Below are positions 1 through 13,882 of a stretch of 64,000 nucleotides of DNA, piece by piece (position 1 is the first letter of the stretch; every line of letters starts with the position of its first letter). The notes beneath the pieces are model-generated. The model searched no databases. It was not told the DNA's origin and saw nothing but the letters and a program-made list of their open reading frames with translations. Made by a program: the position numbers and the translations under genes. Source of the DNA: Octopus vulgaris (lineage: Eukaryota); NCBI GenBank assembly GCA_951406725.2, contig OX597815.1, positions 34,658,001-34,722,000 on the forward strand. The letters run 5' to 3'.

Positions 1-135
<135 letters not shown>

Positions 136-165
136 TGCTTGTTATCTGGTAGATTGATAAAGAAA

Positions 166-367
166 TATTGTTTCACTTCACAGGACTGCGGCCATGCTGG
201 GGCACCACCTTGAAAGATTTAGTCGAGCAAATCGACACCGTTACTTACTTTTTAAATTTTTTGCGGACTGTACTTACTCTATCGGTGGTTTTTTCTTTTT
301 TTCTGAACGGTCAGATCACGGGTACATGAACAAGCCAGCACCACTTATCACATGCACGAGCGTTCAC

Positions 368-398
<31 letters not shown>

Positions 399-590
399 AA
401 CACACACACACACACTCACGCACACACATACTCACGCACACACACGACGAGTTTGTTTCAGTTTTCACCTACAGCATCCACTCAGCTCGGGGCTGTAGTA
501 GAAGACATTCAAGATACCGCACAGTGAGATTGAACCCAAGATCACATGATTGGTAAGCATGCTTCTTGACTCATCCCAGCGCTTTTTCAG
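166..590 (-). mobile_element. tRNA-derived SINE, family A (diverged copy)
   Basis: Reverse complement of the family A tail (GACTGCGGCCATGCTGGGGCACC...TTAGTCGAGCAAATCGAC), an internal (CA)n and a degenerate head near 520-590. Compare the copy at 753-1170. Confidence 0.8.
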
Positions 591-608
591 ATCTGTTCTA
601 TGGCAAAT

Positions 609-745
<137 letters not shown>

Positions 746-752
746 TATATAT

Positions 753-1170
753 AGACGCAGGAGTGGCTGTGTGGTAAGTAGCTTGCTTACCAACCACATG
801 GTTCCGGGTTCATTCCCACTGCGTGGCACGTTGGGCAAGTGTCTTCTACTAAAGTCTCGGGCTGACCAATGCCTTGTGAGTGGTTTTGGTAGACGGAAAC
901 TGAAAGAAGCCCGTCATGTATATGTATATATAAATGTATGCGTGTATATATGTTTGTGTGTCTGTGTTTGTCCCCCCAACATCGCTTGACAACCGATGCT
1001 GGTGTGTTTACATCCCCGTAACTTAGCAGGTTGGCAAAAGACACTGATAGAATAAGTACTAGGCTTCAAAATAATACGTCCTCGGGTTGATTTGCTCGAC
1101 TAAAAGCGGTGCTCCAGCATGGCCGCAGTCAAATGACTGAAACAAGTAAAAGCGTAGACGAGTAAAAGAG
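753..1170 (+). mobile_element. tRNA-derived SINE, family A (full length; octopus-type)
   Basis: Head with A-box-like GTGGCTGTGTGGTAAG and B-box-like GGGTTCATTCCC, an internal (TA/TG) microsatellite, and tail ...GGTGCTCCAGCATGGCCGCAGTCAAATGACTGAAACAAGTAAAAG. About ten homologous copies occur in this window. Confidence 0.92.
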
Positions 1171-1455
1171 TATACAAGAAATAAATTAAGTTTGTTCATT
1201 CGAAGATAAAGGTCATTATGTCTTGTAATCACTAACTAATTAACGATAAATAGGCACAAGCATAACTGACTGGTTAAGAAGCTCGCTTTTCAACCACATA
1301 GTTTCAGGTTCAGTTCCACTGCAGGGAACCTTGGGTGTTATATACTGTCGCCTCAGACCGACAAATGTCTTGTGGGTGAATTTAGTAGAGGGAAACTGTG
1401 TGGAAGCTTGTCCTATATATATATATATATATATATGAGGGCGAATAACATCCAG

Positions 1456-1499
<44 letters not shown>

Positions 1500-1504
1500 C
1501 ATAG

Positions 1505-1810
<306 letters not shown>

Positions 1811-2417
1811 ACACCTTCCATCGATCAACAACTGGTGTTGGTTTGTTTACATCGTCGTAACTTGGCGGTTTAGAAAAAATTGTGGAGACAAGAACCATCA
1901 GACTTTAAAATAAATACGGCTGCAGTCCAACGATTGAAACAAGTAAAATACACTCGAACCATTCTGTCTTATGACATAACATTGGTAAACGATAAGATTA
2001 ACTGCACAAGGCTTTGCTTGGAAACTACTCGTGTAAACCGAAAGATATTGTAGAGAAAAATTTGGCAAAACTAATAATATTCCATATTTATATTGCCGTT
2101 ATTTACAGAAGAATCACTTCGAATCACCAGGGGTGCACACTCTTGTCGGCAGAAATTCTTAGTATGCTAAGTTATCACTAATGTGAATAAATACATCAAT
2201 GCAACAGCAACAGCGAATGTTATTTCTGTAATAGAGTTGTGTAACGGCGTCTGGGCATTTTTAGCTTTGAAAAATCAGTTTTGATCAAGAATGTTCGTTG
2301 GTTTATAAGAAGTCTCGGATGCATCTTCCGTAACATAAGGTCGCTTAAAGGAGTCAGCAGGTTCAATGTCGAGCCTTCGGTGCATGTGGGTTACATATAA
2401 AATAAGAGAACTATGGC

Positions 2418-2457
2418 TACATACATACATACATACATACATACATACATACATACA

Positions 2458-2489
<32 letters not shown>

Positions 2490-2648
2490 CACATACATAC
2501 AGACAGACATGCATGCATACATGCATACATGCATGCATGCACGCATACACACACATATTTACAAACATACAATTCATACATACATGCATACATATATGCA
2601 TACATATATGCATACATATATACATACATACATACATACATACATACA
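2418..2648. repeat. (TACA)n / (TGCA) compound microsatellite
   Basis: Tetranucleotide run; source of the HTYI/MYVC ORFs. Confidence 0.95.
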
Positions 2649-2649
2649 G

Positions 2650-2826
2650 CGAAAAATATCTCGCAGATCGTCGTAGTTACGAAATGTAAAACAGAGGACT
2701 TCACATGACATCAGAAAAACCTCAGAAAAGAAAAAAAAAACTAGAGAGGCGATTTATTGACACAGGATTCAAAAACCCAAACGTGAAACAGCACCAGCTG
2801 AAATTACAACACACAGCTATAAGTGG

Positions 2827-2876
<50 letters not shown>

Positions 2877-4695
2877 TAGCAGTATCGCCCGGCGTTGCTC
2901 AGGTTTGTAAGGAAATAACTATAAAGCATTTTTAGAGAGTTATAGCCAAAAAATAGCAAAAAAATAGAAAAAAAATGATGGTAAATTTTTTTTGAGAGTA
3001 AAAAAGGTTGAGTTGCGTCCCCTAGACAGTCTGTGGTTTATTTTTTTGATTCTCGACCCCATGTCGAATTTATCGATTTTTTCAGAACTGGGGGAACTTT
3101 TCAAAATGTTCGCTGCGTTAGTTTTGAATTATGACATTGGGCTATGTGTGTGTCAAGTTTCATCAGAATCGGTTGAAAGCCGTGGTCAGACTGAGGGTAC
3201 AAGCAAACAGACACACAGAAACACGCACAGACAAACTGCCGTTTATATAGAGAGATATATATATCTACAGCATATAAACGGCAAATGCTCAATAAATTAT
3301 TTGCCAGTGACCGCAAGTGAGTTTATCGCAGCTTCAATGCAAAAGGCTTAATTTCTGTAAAAGACACCCCTACAAAAGATCATGTTGTGGGCTACTGGAG
3401 ATCTATATGGGAAACAAATGATAAGTTCAGCAAACAAGGTGTCAGGCTAAAATAACTGGAGCAGGACTACTCCAGCATGTCCAGCAGTAGAAATATGAAA
3501 CAGGCGGCGAAATACTGGAAAAGGTTCTACAGAAAATGTCAAACAAAAAATGACCAGGCCCAGACCCCATAGCAGGTTATTGGCTGAAGAATTTCACCTT
3601 TTATCGGCGAAATCTTATCCGGTTGTATGGAGGAAATACCAAGCATAAAAAAGAGCTGCCCCAATATTTATCCACTTCAACTACTCTCCTCATCCCGAGA
3701 ATAGCCAAACCACCCTCGCTAAAAATTACCACCCAGTAGCCTGCTAGAACATCATGAACAGATTATATACTGGGTGCCTAAACTTGTTCTTGCTGGATCA
3801 TTGTGCCACCAACAACATTATAAATCCTGAGCAAGCTAGACGAAAAGTATGGGGTTGTATACAGCAGCTACTATTTAACAAAATAATCCAAGACAAAAGC
3901 ACAAAACAAAACAAAAAAAAACAGGAAAAATCGCAGGAACTTATCCGTAGAGTGTCTGGTGTACAAGGAGGCTTTTGATAGTATACCATATGGTTCGGTT
4001 ATCAGGGCCTCAAGTTGGCCAAAGTCCCACAACCATTAGTGAGTGCTATTGAGCGTCTGATTAAGATTTGGTACATCACTTTGCTCGTAAGGAATGTTAC
4101 AGAGCAACTTGAGCATTCACCATTGAAAAGGAATCTTTCAGGGCGATAACTTATCGGTGTTGGTCTTCGTTCTCTCATTAAACCTGCTATCATACCTGCT
4201 CAGAAAACTAAGGGACCATAGAAATAGATCTAGAAATACCTTCCATCTTTTCTTTGTCGACGACCTGAAACTGTATGGTCCAAATATCAACCATCTAAAA
4301 AACAAATGGAATGAAATTTGAAGGGTCCAAATGTGTATTTTTGACAATAAAACATGGAAAAGCTGTGCACACCTCTGAAAACCTAAGAATGAACGGTTTG
4401 ACAATACAACTCCTACAGCCAAGAGACAGTTAAAGGTAACTTGGACAAGATGAGAATTTCAGATATGGACCCATAAAGAAGGAGAGGACCAGGAACAAAT
4501 ACCTCAGGAAGAGTAAAGAGAATAGGGTCATCAGAACTCTCAGGTTACAACCAGCATATTGCCCACGACACATTTGCAGTGCCTATCCTCACGCCTACGT
4601 TTGACCCTGTGAACTAGTCTCTACAAGAATTCAGTGAGATAGATGTTCGAACTCGCAAGCTGCTCAATGTTACAGGAAACTTCAATATCAATAGA
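2650..4695 (+). mobile_element. Decayed non-LTR retrotransposon RT, R4/Dong-like (RLE-type)
   Basis: Collinear motifs with stops and frameshifts: NKLFASDRK...YWRSIWE, PGPDPIAGYWLK, NYHPVAC*NIMNRLYTG...EQARRKVWGCIQQLL, GIFQGDNLS, HLFFVDDLKLY, AVPILTPTF...IDVRTRKLL. Interrupted at 2830-3265. Confidence 0.85.
2874..3256. mobile_element. Non-autonomous Helitron-like (Lep1/HINE-type) element
   Basis: Starts TACTAGCAGTATCGCCCGGCGTTGCTC, contains CAAGTTTCATCAGAATCGG and ACAG/ACAC repeats, ends TTTATATAGAGAGAT, and sits in (TA)n. This architecture resembles Lep1-like rolling-circle elements. Confidence 0.6.
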
Positions 4696-5167
4696 AATGT
4701 GAATCCATTTTCAATGTGGTCAAGAGCTTTAGCGACAAAAAGGACATCCCACTGAATAATATTGTAGCCTGTGCAACTGATGGTGCACCATTGATGACTG
4801 GCTGTCATCGCGGCTTCATCAGTTATCTCAAAGTCAGCCTACCTGATGTCTTCACGATGCACTGCATGATTCACCGACAACATCTTGTTGCATGAAACCT
4901 CAGTGGTCATCTTCACGATTCCCTAAACACGGTCTCATTGCTGTGAATAAAATAAAATCTTATGCTCTGAACTCTCGCCTGTTTCAACAGCTTTGCTTTG
5001 AAAACAACGAAGACTTTCAAAACTTGCTGTTCCACACAGAGGTGAGGTGGTTATCATGGGGAAGTTGTCTGAATCGCTTTTATGCTTTGTTTGATTCAGT
5101 AACGGAGTTCTTTGATACCACCGTCCCAAAACTTAGTTATAGGCTTAAAAGTATAAAGAAAGATATT

Positions 5168-5535
5168 ACTCTTTACTCTTTTACTTGTTTCAGTCATTTG
5201 ACTGCGGCCATGCAAATCGACCCCGGGACTTATTCTTTGTAAGCCCAGTACTTATTCCATCGGTCTCTTTTGCCGAACCGCTAAGTGACGGGGACGTAAA
5301 CACACCAGCATCGGTTGTCAAGCAATGCTACGGGGACAAACACACACACATATATATATATATACATATATACGACAGGCTTCTTTCAGTTTCCGTCTAC
5401 CAAATCCACTCACAAGGCATTGGTCGGCCCGGGGCTATAGCAGAAGACACTTGCCCAAGATGCCACGCAGTGGGACTGAACAGGGAACCATGTGGTTGGT
5501 TAGCAAGCTACTTACCACACAGCCACTCCTGCGCC
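5168..5535 (-). mobile_element. SINE family A inserted into the hAT transposase
   Basis: Full-length reverse copy flanked by a TATT duplication (5164-5167 and 5536-5539). Removing it restores the reading KKDI-AYLSDL. Confidence 0.93.
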
Positions 5536-7389
5536 TATTGCATACTTATCTGACTTACTCACTAAACTCAACGAAGCGAATAAGCAGCTGCAAGGAGATG
5601 GTGTTAATCACATCCAAGTTAAGTCAACCATTTCAACATTTCAAGCGAAACTTGTTATGTATAAGTGCATTATTGGACGCAGGGAGTTTTTCCATTTTCC
5701 TTGCTTGTCTGGTTTTGAAAAGGAGACTAGGATCTGCTTGTCTTTTGCTCCCACCTCACTGAACTGCACGAAGATATGGAACGTCGATTTCATGATCTGT
5801 TTGCTCTTCAAGTTCCTGACTCGATTGTCAACCCCTTCATTGACATCGGTGAAGAAGAGAGTGGGGAGTTAGGAGTGGAGCTGATAACTCTTCAAAATGA
5901 TATTGAATTGAAGCCTAAACTCCGAAAGTGCTATCAAGAATTTTGGTTTCAAAAGGCTATCCGTGGCCGCTATCCGAAGCTTTGGAAGAAAGTCAAATTG
6001 CTTTTCATTGCCTTTCCAACATCTTATTTGGTTGAGAGAGGATTCAGTGCGGTCGCTCGCCTCCTTACGAAGCAGCAGTGTAAGCTCCGAATTACGGAGC
6101 ATGGTGATCTCAGGCTTATTGTTAGCACAATTCATCCTTCACATTGAACCTCTCCCTAAAAACCTACTTGGATGGGCTCTTTTAGCGGTATACTATCTTT
6201 CATCTCTTTTCTTTTGCTATGAACACTGTAGCAACATACACTTTTTTAGTGCACGAACTTTGTGACATTTAAACGAACAAACTCTTGTTATTGGTGCGAA
6301 ATTCCTTTCGTACACCGCTCATAACATTGCCTTTTTTTATACATTCCTTTGTTGCATGCATTTCTTTTCTTTTGTGGGAGACTCTTGTACCATTAACACT
6401 GCTGCACTACTAGTAATCAAAACCTGCATTTGCAACCACTTATTGACCACTGTATTTTGTGATTTCTATTTCATATAAAGTTGTGCATATATTTAGAGGT
6501 CATAAATTACATGCAAACTCAACGGAAATACGTTTCCGGGCGGCATACTACTGACACTTGCTCTCAGTATGTTTGCATATTTTGTTCTTTATTTTTCAAT
6601 TTTTTATATGACAATGTTGCTTCCCTATTTTCCTGACGCCTTATTGGCTTCCACAGGATAATATAGTGATGTATCAAAGCGAGTTAACTACCTTCCTTCA
6701 CATATTGTTTGTATTTACGAAGTGGAAAGCTCCGTTTACGGAAACATTACCGCTGTGCATGTGTGCAGCACTTTTGCTGAACGTTGCCGCTAAAGGTTCT
6801 TTTGCGAAACTGAGAGGCGACAAGATCTGTTTCTGCTGTACCTCGAAGAGAGAACTGCGACTGAAGTGTGAATAATGTTGAACCAACAGAAGATCTCGGA
6901 AATCTTTGTCCAACAGCCAAATGCTTTTGAACAACTTTCTCTCTCACATTCCTGAAGAAAAAGATGATTTCTTTTCTGTGAAAATTCAATTAACTCACTG
7001 TAAGTTTTGTATTATGATATTTCAACACAGATCACCATATATTCTCTGCTTATACCAAAATGCCTTTCTTTGGCACACTTAGCCATATCTGCTACACTTC
7101 CAATGTTTGTTATTTGTATATATAATTTATGACAAATAAAATTAATATGTTGTTGTTCAAGCGAGTCGATGATTTAATTTTACGCCTAACAAAGACGCTT
7201 TGTTAAACCCAAAGCCTTCTCGTTTTGATATAATTAAAACCCTTAAAAAACTAGCATGCCACTGCGTTGAAAATTTGTGCATTATTTTATCGAGTAACAA
7301 TATGAAGGTTTCTTTTTTGGCAGTGGATAGGAAGACGCTGTGAATTTATTACAATATTATTATAGTATTGTATACAAATTATATAATAT

Positions 7390-7572
7390 CTTTATTTCTT
7401 TATTGCCCACATGGGGCTAAACATAGAGGAGACAAACAAAGTGATTAAGTCGATTACATCGACTCCTCTGCGTAACTCGACCCCGAAAGGATGATAGGCA
7501 AAGTCGACCTCGGTGGAATTTGAACTCAGAATGTAACGGTAGACAAAATACTGCTAAGCATTTCCCCCGGCT
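7390..7572 (-). mobile_element. SINE family B (Meta-domain-like core)
   Basis: CGACCCCGAAAGGATGATAGGCAAAGTCGACCTCGGTGGAATTTGAACTCAG is the reverse of a B-box plus a GCCTTTCATCCTTTCGGGGTCG-type core. Confidence 0.85.
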
Positions 7573-7627
7573 ATCAAATATCAAATGATTCATAATATAT
7601 ATAAATTAGAAAAATATAAAATACTTA

Positions 7628-8147
7628 CCGTAAATCTTCGAGTATAGTCCGCCCTTGAGTATAATACGCAGGGGATTTTTAGGGGCTGTACCTATGAAAA
7701 ACCTAAACCTTGTGTATAATACGCACCCCTTCTCTAACTTGAGTCAAGGAGGTCTATATAACATCCTTGGTTTGTAAAAATGTATACGGTAATGTCCTTT
7801 ATTATTATTGTATATATAACATAATGCAAATGTGTAGCTTTTTTGTGCATTTTGTTTGCAGAAAATAAAGAAATAACAGTAATAACAGTAATAAAGTTTA
7901 ATAAATGTTGCTTATTGCAAGTTATTGATTATTCTTTTATGACTTCATTGCTTTCAGGCTTAGCTTAAGGTATTTTCACGCCCGACATCAGAAAATGCGT
8001 CTGAATAAACATTGCCGGACAGCAAATAGAGACTCGGACATTGCTTAGAAAATATTTTTCATTTTTAACCTCGTATATAGTACGCACTAGGGATTTTGAC
8101 CTTAAAATTTTGGGGAAAATATGCGGATTATACTCAAGGATTTACGG
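7628..8147. mobile_element. MITE / non-autonomous Tc1-mariner (pogo/Tc2-type) element
   Basis: About 25-bp TIRs (CCGTAAATCTTCGAGTATAGTCCGC and GCGGATTATACTCAAGGATTTACGG), TA on both flanks, and internal repeats of GTATAATACGCA. Confidence 0.9.
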
Positions 8148-8269
8148 TATTTATACATAAAAATAGGTGTAGGGGTGCTGAGGGTATTATGTGGCCATGA
8201 GGGCGGTAGCTCAAAAAGTATGAGAAACTCTGGCTTAAACCCAAGGTCCTTCATAACCAATAAGGGTCC

Positions 8270-8606
8270 ATTTCAGTATACATCGTTTGCTTATTACTTG
8301 TTTTGATCGAACTTATCGACTCCGGTACTTACTGTGTTTTGTAAAGACTGGTACTTACTCCATTTTGCCGAACCTCTAAGTTAGGAGGACATAAACACAC
8401 CAACACCAGTTGTGCAAACAGATACACAAACACACTCATATACGACGGGCTTCTTTCAGTTTCTGTCTACAAAATTTACTCACAAGGTTTTGGTCAGCCA
8501 GAGGATAAAGTAGAGGACACTTGTCCAAGGCGCCAAGCAGTGGGACTGAACCCGGAACCCTGTGGTTGGGAAGCAAACTTCGTACCACACAGCCACGCCT
8601 GCGCCT
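8270..8606 (-). mobile_element. SINE family A
   Basis: Reverse head (GGGACTGAACCCGGAACC...ACCACACAGCCACGCCTGCGCCT) and body. Confidence 0.88.
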
Positions 8607-8721
8607 ATGTGTGTGTGTGTGTGTTAAGATTCGCCCAGCGAATGAGGGTACTAAACAAATATATTACTGGTAATTAAATAGCTAAAAGATAAAGACTGTT
8701 CGCTTGACCATTAAGTTGTAG

Positions 8722-9119
8722 AAAGGAGTGGCTATGTGGTAAGTAGCTTGCTTACCAACCACATGGTTCCGGGTTCAGAGCCACTGCATGGCACCTTGGG
8801 CAAGTGTCTTCTACCATAGCCTCGGGCCGACAGAGGCCTTGTGAGTGGATTTGGTATACCTAAACTGAAAGAATCCAGTCGTATATATGTATATATATAT
8901 ATATATGTGTTTGTGTGTCTGTGTTTGTTCCCCCCACCCCAACATCGCTTGACAACCGATGCTGGTGTGTTTACGTCTCCGTAACTTAGCGGTTCAGCAA
9001 AAGGAACTGATAGAGTAAGTACTAGGCTTACAAAAAATAAGTCCTGGGGTCGATTTGCTCGACTAAAAGCGGTGCTCCAGCATGGCCACAGTTAAATGAC
9101 TGAAACAAGTAAAAGAGTA
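8722..9119 (+). mobile_element. SINE family A (full length)
   Basis: High similarity to 753-1170 from head to tail. Confidence 0.92.
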
Positions 9120-10878
9120 ATTCAACTGAATTCACTTTCTTTCTTTTATTCGATACGAAAGAAACGTAATGCAAAAATTAAGTCTCAGTAGGATTCGAAC
9201 TCGGATCATAATGGAATGAAACTAAGCAAGAGGCACCTGATTTAAGGCTCTACTATGACTACTAGTCCACGATCTATCGAATATTGAAACAACAAAATAA
9301 CTTTTATCGCTGTATCACTTAGTAACGATAACTCCTTAGAGAACTCATCTTTCTTCAAGCGATTTTACTTAGGGAAGTGGTCGGTTACACAAAGAAGCGA
9401 GCCTGCGACCAAACACATCTCAGAAGCGTTTATCAGAAGTAAATAAATATTGCCAAAACTAAACTATCCGGAAGTGTGAGAAGCTCCTTTTCAGCGATTT
9501 TATGGTCGATATTTTCCTTTGTTTTCATTATATTTTTGATGCTTTTGTTTTTCTGTCACCATTTGTGTGATTCTACATCCACACGCACACATAGACACAG
9601 TTGTGTGTGTGTGTGTGTGTACATACATACATATATATATATGTATACACACGCACACACATAAACATACACCTACAATATTGTGTCTGTACATATATAC
9701 GTACACAATATTTTGTTTGCACATTTTACACGTACATACGCAAATATGTTTGTTATCCTCCTCCATGTTTGTGTATCTGTGTCGGTGGGAGGTAAGTCTG
9801 TCTGTGTGTGTCCTTTTCACATCAACTTTTTTTTTTCACCACCACCGCCTCCATCACTACTACCACTGCTGTTATTACTACTACTACTGCTGCTGCTTCT
9901 TCGAGCTCCCGATTCCCCGGTTTCCTCATTGATCGCTGTCGACGAAGTGGAAGGAGGTGGTAGCCTAACAGACAGGAAGGGAGGTAACCAGTCAGTTGCA
10001 GACAATAAACCACACACATACATGTACGCACGAACATATAAACATACGCGCACACATACAAGTATATATATATATACACATATATATATATACATACACA
10101 CACACACGGACACATACACACAAACTCACCGTGATAGTGTATCAAACAAAGAACTGTTAGCACACACACACACATACACAGAGTTGTACTAAGACACGCA
10201 AACGCACAGTCTCTTTATAAAATGGTATTTGCATTGATTCTCAAACATACAGAATCGTTGACGCACACAAACACACACATGCACATACCAAAATGACACG
10301 CGTGTATACATACATACACACACACACAGAGTTATTAATGCACATTTTCACACACGAGCTCAAATACATACAAAATTGCAAGTATATATATACACATACA
10401 CTGTAATTAGGAAATAGAGAAACGCACTCTTTTTAACGCATACATGCTTGCTTTATAACTTGACAGATACACACATAGAGAAGCAATATTTTTTTTACAG
10501 CACTTACAGGCTTACATAGAAATAGTTTGACGTCTCATTCACTGTCATTGTTTTGCATACATAAACATAGATATACATACGAGATATATATATATATACA
10601 CAGACAGCTGCTAAATATATCAAGCAGGCACACACACACATACACAAATATATAAACACATACATTTGTATATAGATATATGTATGTGTCTGTAAACTTA
10701 CGTTAATATAAAACTATACACAAACTTATACCATACACATACAGATATATATATATATATATATATACACAATTGAATGCAATGTATTTCACACGCACGC
10801 ACATACACAAACATTTTCTCGTTTGCATTTCTAAATACAATCCAGAAGATGTGTGTATGTGTTTGTGTGTGTGTATAT

Positions 10879-10928
<50 letters not shown>

Positions 10929-12184
10929 GAACTGAGACAAAGAGATAGACACACAGACAGATACATTGAACGTTAACAGAAAGATATTTGACACAACTTA
11001 CGCAGAGATATACGTGACTACTGACATAGACACCCGCACAGTAGCTTACATATAGACACATTGAGTCAGTCTCTCATACATCAACATACTACATATACAC
11101 GCTTTCTCAACCACACTTCAACGCACACAAGCATATACACGAAATCTGATACAGACACTGAAAGCACTAATACTCACTCAATCTTAAACACAGTCTCATG
11201 CAAGTAGTGATATAAATACACACACAGATATCTGAATCTTTATATACAATATATTCTCCCTTACATATACCTACACACACACATGCAAAGTCTCGCACAA
11301 AGACAGTCTCCTTCCCTCACTCAATTCTTCTCACATACACAGCCACACGCTAAGACTTTTCCACAAACACACATAAATTCAATCATAGCACTTAGACACA
11401 ACCATACAGTACTAGGCAGCCCCCCACTAATCCCTCTCTCACCACACATACACAAAACGAACATGTGTGTGTGTGTACCCGGTCTTTTCTATAACAAAAA
11501 CCGGCTGAGATGAAACAAAGAGAGTATAGGCCCCACTAATTTAGATAACAATAGCCGGTTGATAATGCTACCAGTAATTAATTATATGCAAGTTTCACTA
11601 TATATCATAATGTTTCTGTGTGTGTGTCTATAATAATTCTGAATTAAAATCTTAATAAACTGACATTGTTAAAGTCGCTCAACACATATACACACACACA
11701 CAGACGTGTAACACAAATAAAAACACACCTTGAACAAGTAACGAGTGAGAAAGCTGCGCGATGCTGCGGCGAACCCACGTGTAGTTGGTTGGGAAGTGGA
11801 TGCTGACTGCAAAACTGGAAAGGTAGTAGAGAGAGAAGACTGTCATAGCACTACCTACCGCCCAACACCACCACCACCACCACCACCACCACCGCCATAC
11901 ATTCTCTTCTGTTTATTTTTTTGGCTATGGTTTTTCTCTTACTTTTTTTTTCCTACTTTCTTTGTGAGGGAGGACAAAGCAAACTCCCAGTTCCACTCAT
12001 CACCATCATCAATATTATAACAAGGCCGACAACACCAACTGTCAACTTTCATCGCAACCACTACTGTCAACATCCAGTAACTGAAAGCCTCAAGGGGAGA
12101 TAGATAGATAGAGAGATACATAGATAGACAGATAGAGAGAGAGAGAGAGACAAACAGACAGACAAAGAAAGAGAGAAAACCTCT

Positions 12185-12368
12185 ATGTGGTTGCTTGACC
12201 TACTAGAAATAGCAGCCAAATCACTGCAGCTCATAGCCCTGATTTAAGAAAAAAAAAAAATAAATGAAAGGGATACATATTTAACAAATGTAGTGTTAGA
12301 CAAGTTGGCCTTTCACGAAAAGGTCTGATGAACCAAGAATGACCTGGAACTAAACAATAACTACAACA
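12185..12368 (+). mobile_element. Old SINE-like repeat, family D
   Basis: GTGGTTGCTTGACCTACTAGAAATAGCAGCCAAAT...GACCTGGAACTAAACAATAAC; homologues recur throughout the window. Confidence 0.7.
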
Positions 12369-13843
12369 TCCAATAATACCACCACCGCTACCGCTAGTAA
12401 AATCTCTCCCACCCGCTCTAAACATTGTTATATAGCACCTTGTCTACCACTGCGACGACGACGACCACCACCACAACCACTACTACTACTACCATCACCA
12501 TCATCATCATCTACTGCCCAAACACTTTGTTGATAAACTTCTTTGGTACCGCCTCCAATAGCATCACTATTGTCAACATTTGTAGTTTAACGTCTATCAT
12601 CATCATCGCCACCACCACCACCACCACCACCTCCATTACTATTATTAACCATCATCATCATTGTCATTAGCATACATAATTCAGAATGTTTTCTTGCTAA
12701 GTTGAAACAAAGCAAAGACAAAAGAAAATAAGGAAAAAATGCGATGGCATCAGTAAAGACCAACATCTATCTATATGATCAATATAAAAGATCACCATGA
12801 TCGACCAACAGATATATTTACTAGATGACGTTGTTTAAAGGTAAAATAATAATATGAGGATTCGCTGCTATACCCTCGCATACACTCAGAGGTAGGACTC
12901 ATTTAAAACATACACGTCCACAACACGCATACGTACATAAACACGACTGTAAGCTGATAGAAGCTCTAACAATGTACACGGTGCTACAAAAAAAGCACAC
13001 ACACTCATAGAACAGTCGACAAGCAGATATTCTCTCTACAGTCTAATTAATGCACTAATATATACGAGCACAGACTTTTATTCACGTACATAAACAATCC
13101 ACACTCATAAACAAACTGTGTAATGAACTAATAATACAAGCACAAACTCCCACTCAACCATTCACTCATATCATTACTCACTCATTTCCTTTATTCCCCC
13201 CACTCATTTCGTCACGTACTCTCTCGCATTTAGCCGCGCGCGCACACACACAAATTCACTATCGTACATCCCTCACACTCTTTCTCATTCTTCTTCTCTC
13301 CCCCCCCCTTTCTTTCACTCACCCTGAACACACAGACTAGCAGAGAAAGAGAGAGAGAGTGAGTGAGAGAGAGAAACAGTCATATACGCACAGATTCACG
13401 TACGCATTTGTAGCACAACTGCACTCAGACTGGCGGTCTTTCAAGCAAAACTTCCATCACTCACGCACACACATACACACACTAGACAGACCCGTAACAC
13501 ATACGCGCGCACTCACTCTCGCACTCCCGCCAACTCACTCACTGACGCACAGACACATACATCCACATATCCGTTTTCAAACAGTTTTAGTAATGTGGAA
13601 AGAAAGAAGCAGCCTTAGCGGCATCATACACATCATATCATCATTGTATCTTCATCATCTAATTTATTTAGTGTCACCAAATGTCTGAGAGGAGAGAAGT
13701 ACATCTCAATCGTCAACGTTATCAACTGGCCCCTTATGTCGGCAAAAGGAGAACTTACTATTCTATATATATTACCAGAGAGAAAAAAATATCCCCAAAG
13801 TGGACGAGAGATATTGCTTAGTCTGCCTTAGAAGCAAAAACAT

Positions 13844-13882
13844 ATGAACGATAGTTTCTTCCCTGGCACACTTGAATACCAG
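13844..13882 (+). other. Candidate first coding exon (MNDSFFPGTLEYQ), gene unidentified
   Basis: ATG at the end of a unique, repeat-free leader downstream of a CpG-rich, promoter-like tract; CAG|GTCAGT donor; then T-rich intron-like sequence. No homology recognised. Confidence 0.25.

Larger units (their letters stand above)
4696..8232 (+). mobile_element. hAT (Buster/Charlie, ZBED5/SCAND3-like) DNA transposon remnant, 5'-truncated
   Basis: Transposase motifs at 4696-6147: IPLNNIVACATDGAPLMTG, HCMIHRQHLVA, LLFHTEVRWLS, and the C-terminal dimerisation segment FIAFPTSYLVERGFSAV...GDLRL...HPSH. Stops and frameshifts are present. A probable right terminus AAAAAGTATGAGAAACTCTG ends at 8232. Confidence 0.9.

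Noticed and set aside
6220-6450. Possible piggyBac C-terminal Cys-rich remnant on the minus strand
   Set aside because: Cys spacing is not recoverable without assuming several frameshifts.
9185-9210. Reverse B-box GAGTTCGAATCC suggesting a tRNA gene
   Set aside because: No cloverleaf; consistent with a decayed SINE head.
9683-10192. 169-aa ORF with poly-P and poly-L
   Set aside because: Built largely from triplet and dinucleotide repeats; no recognisable domain.
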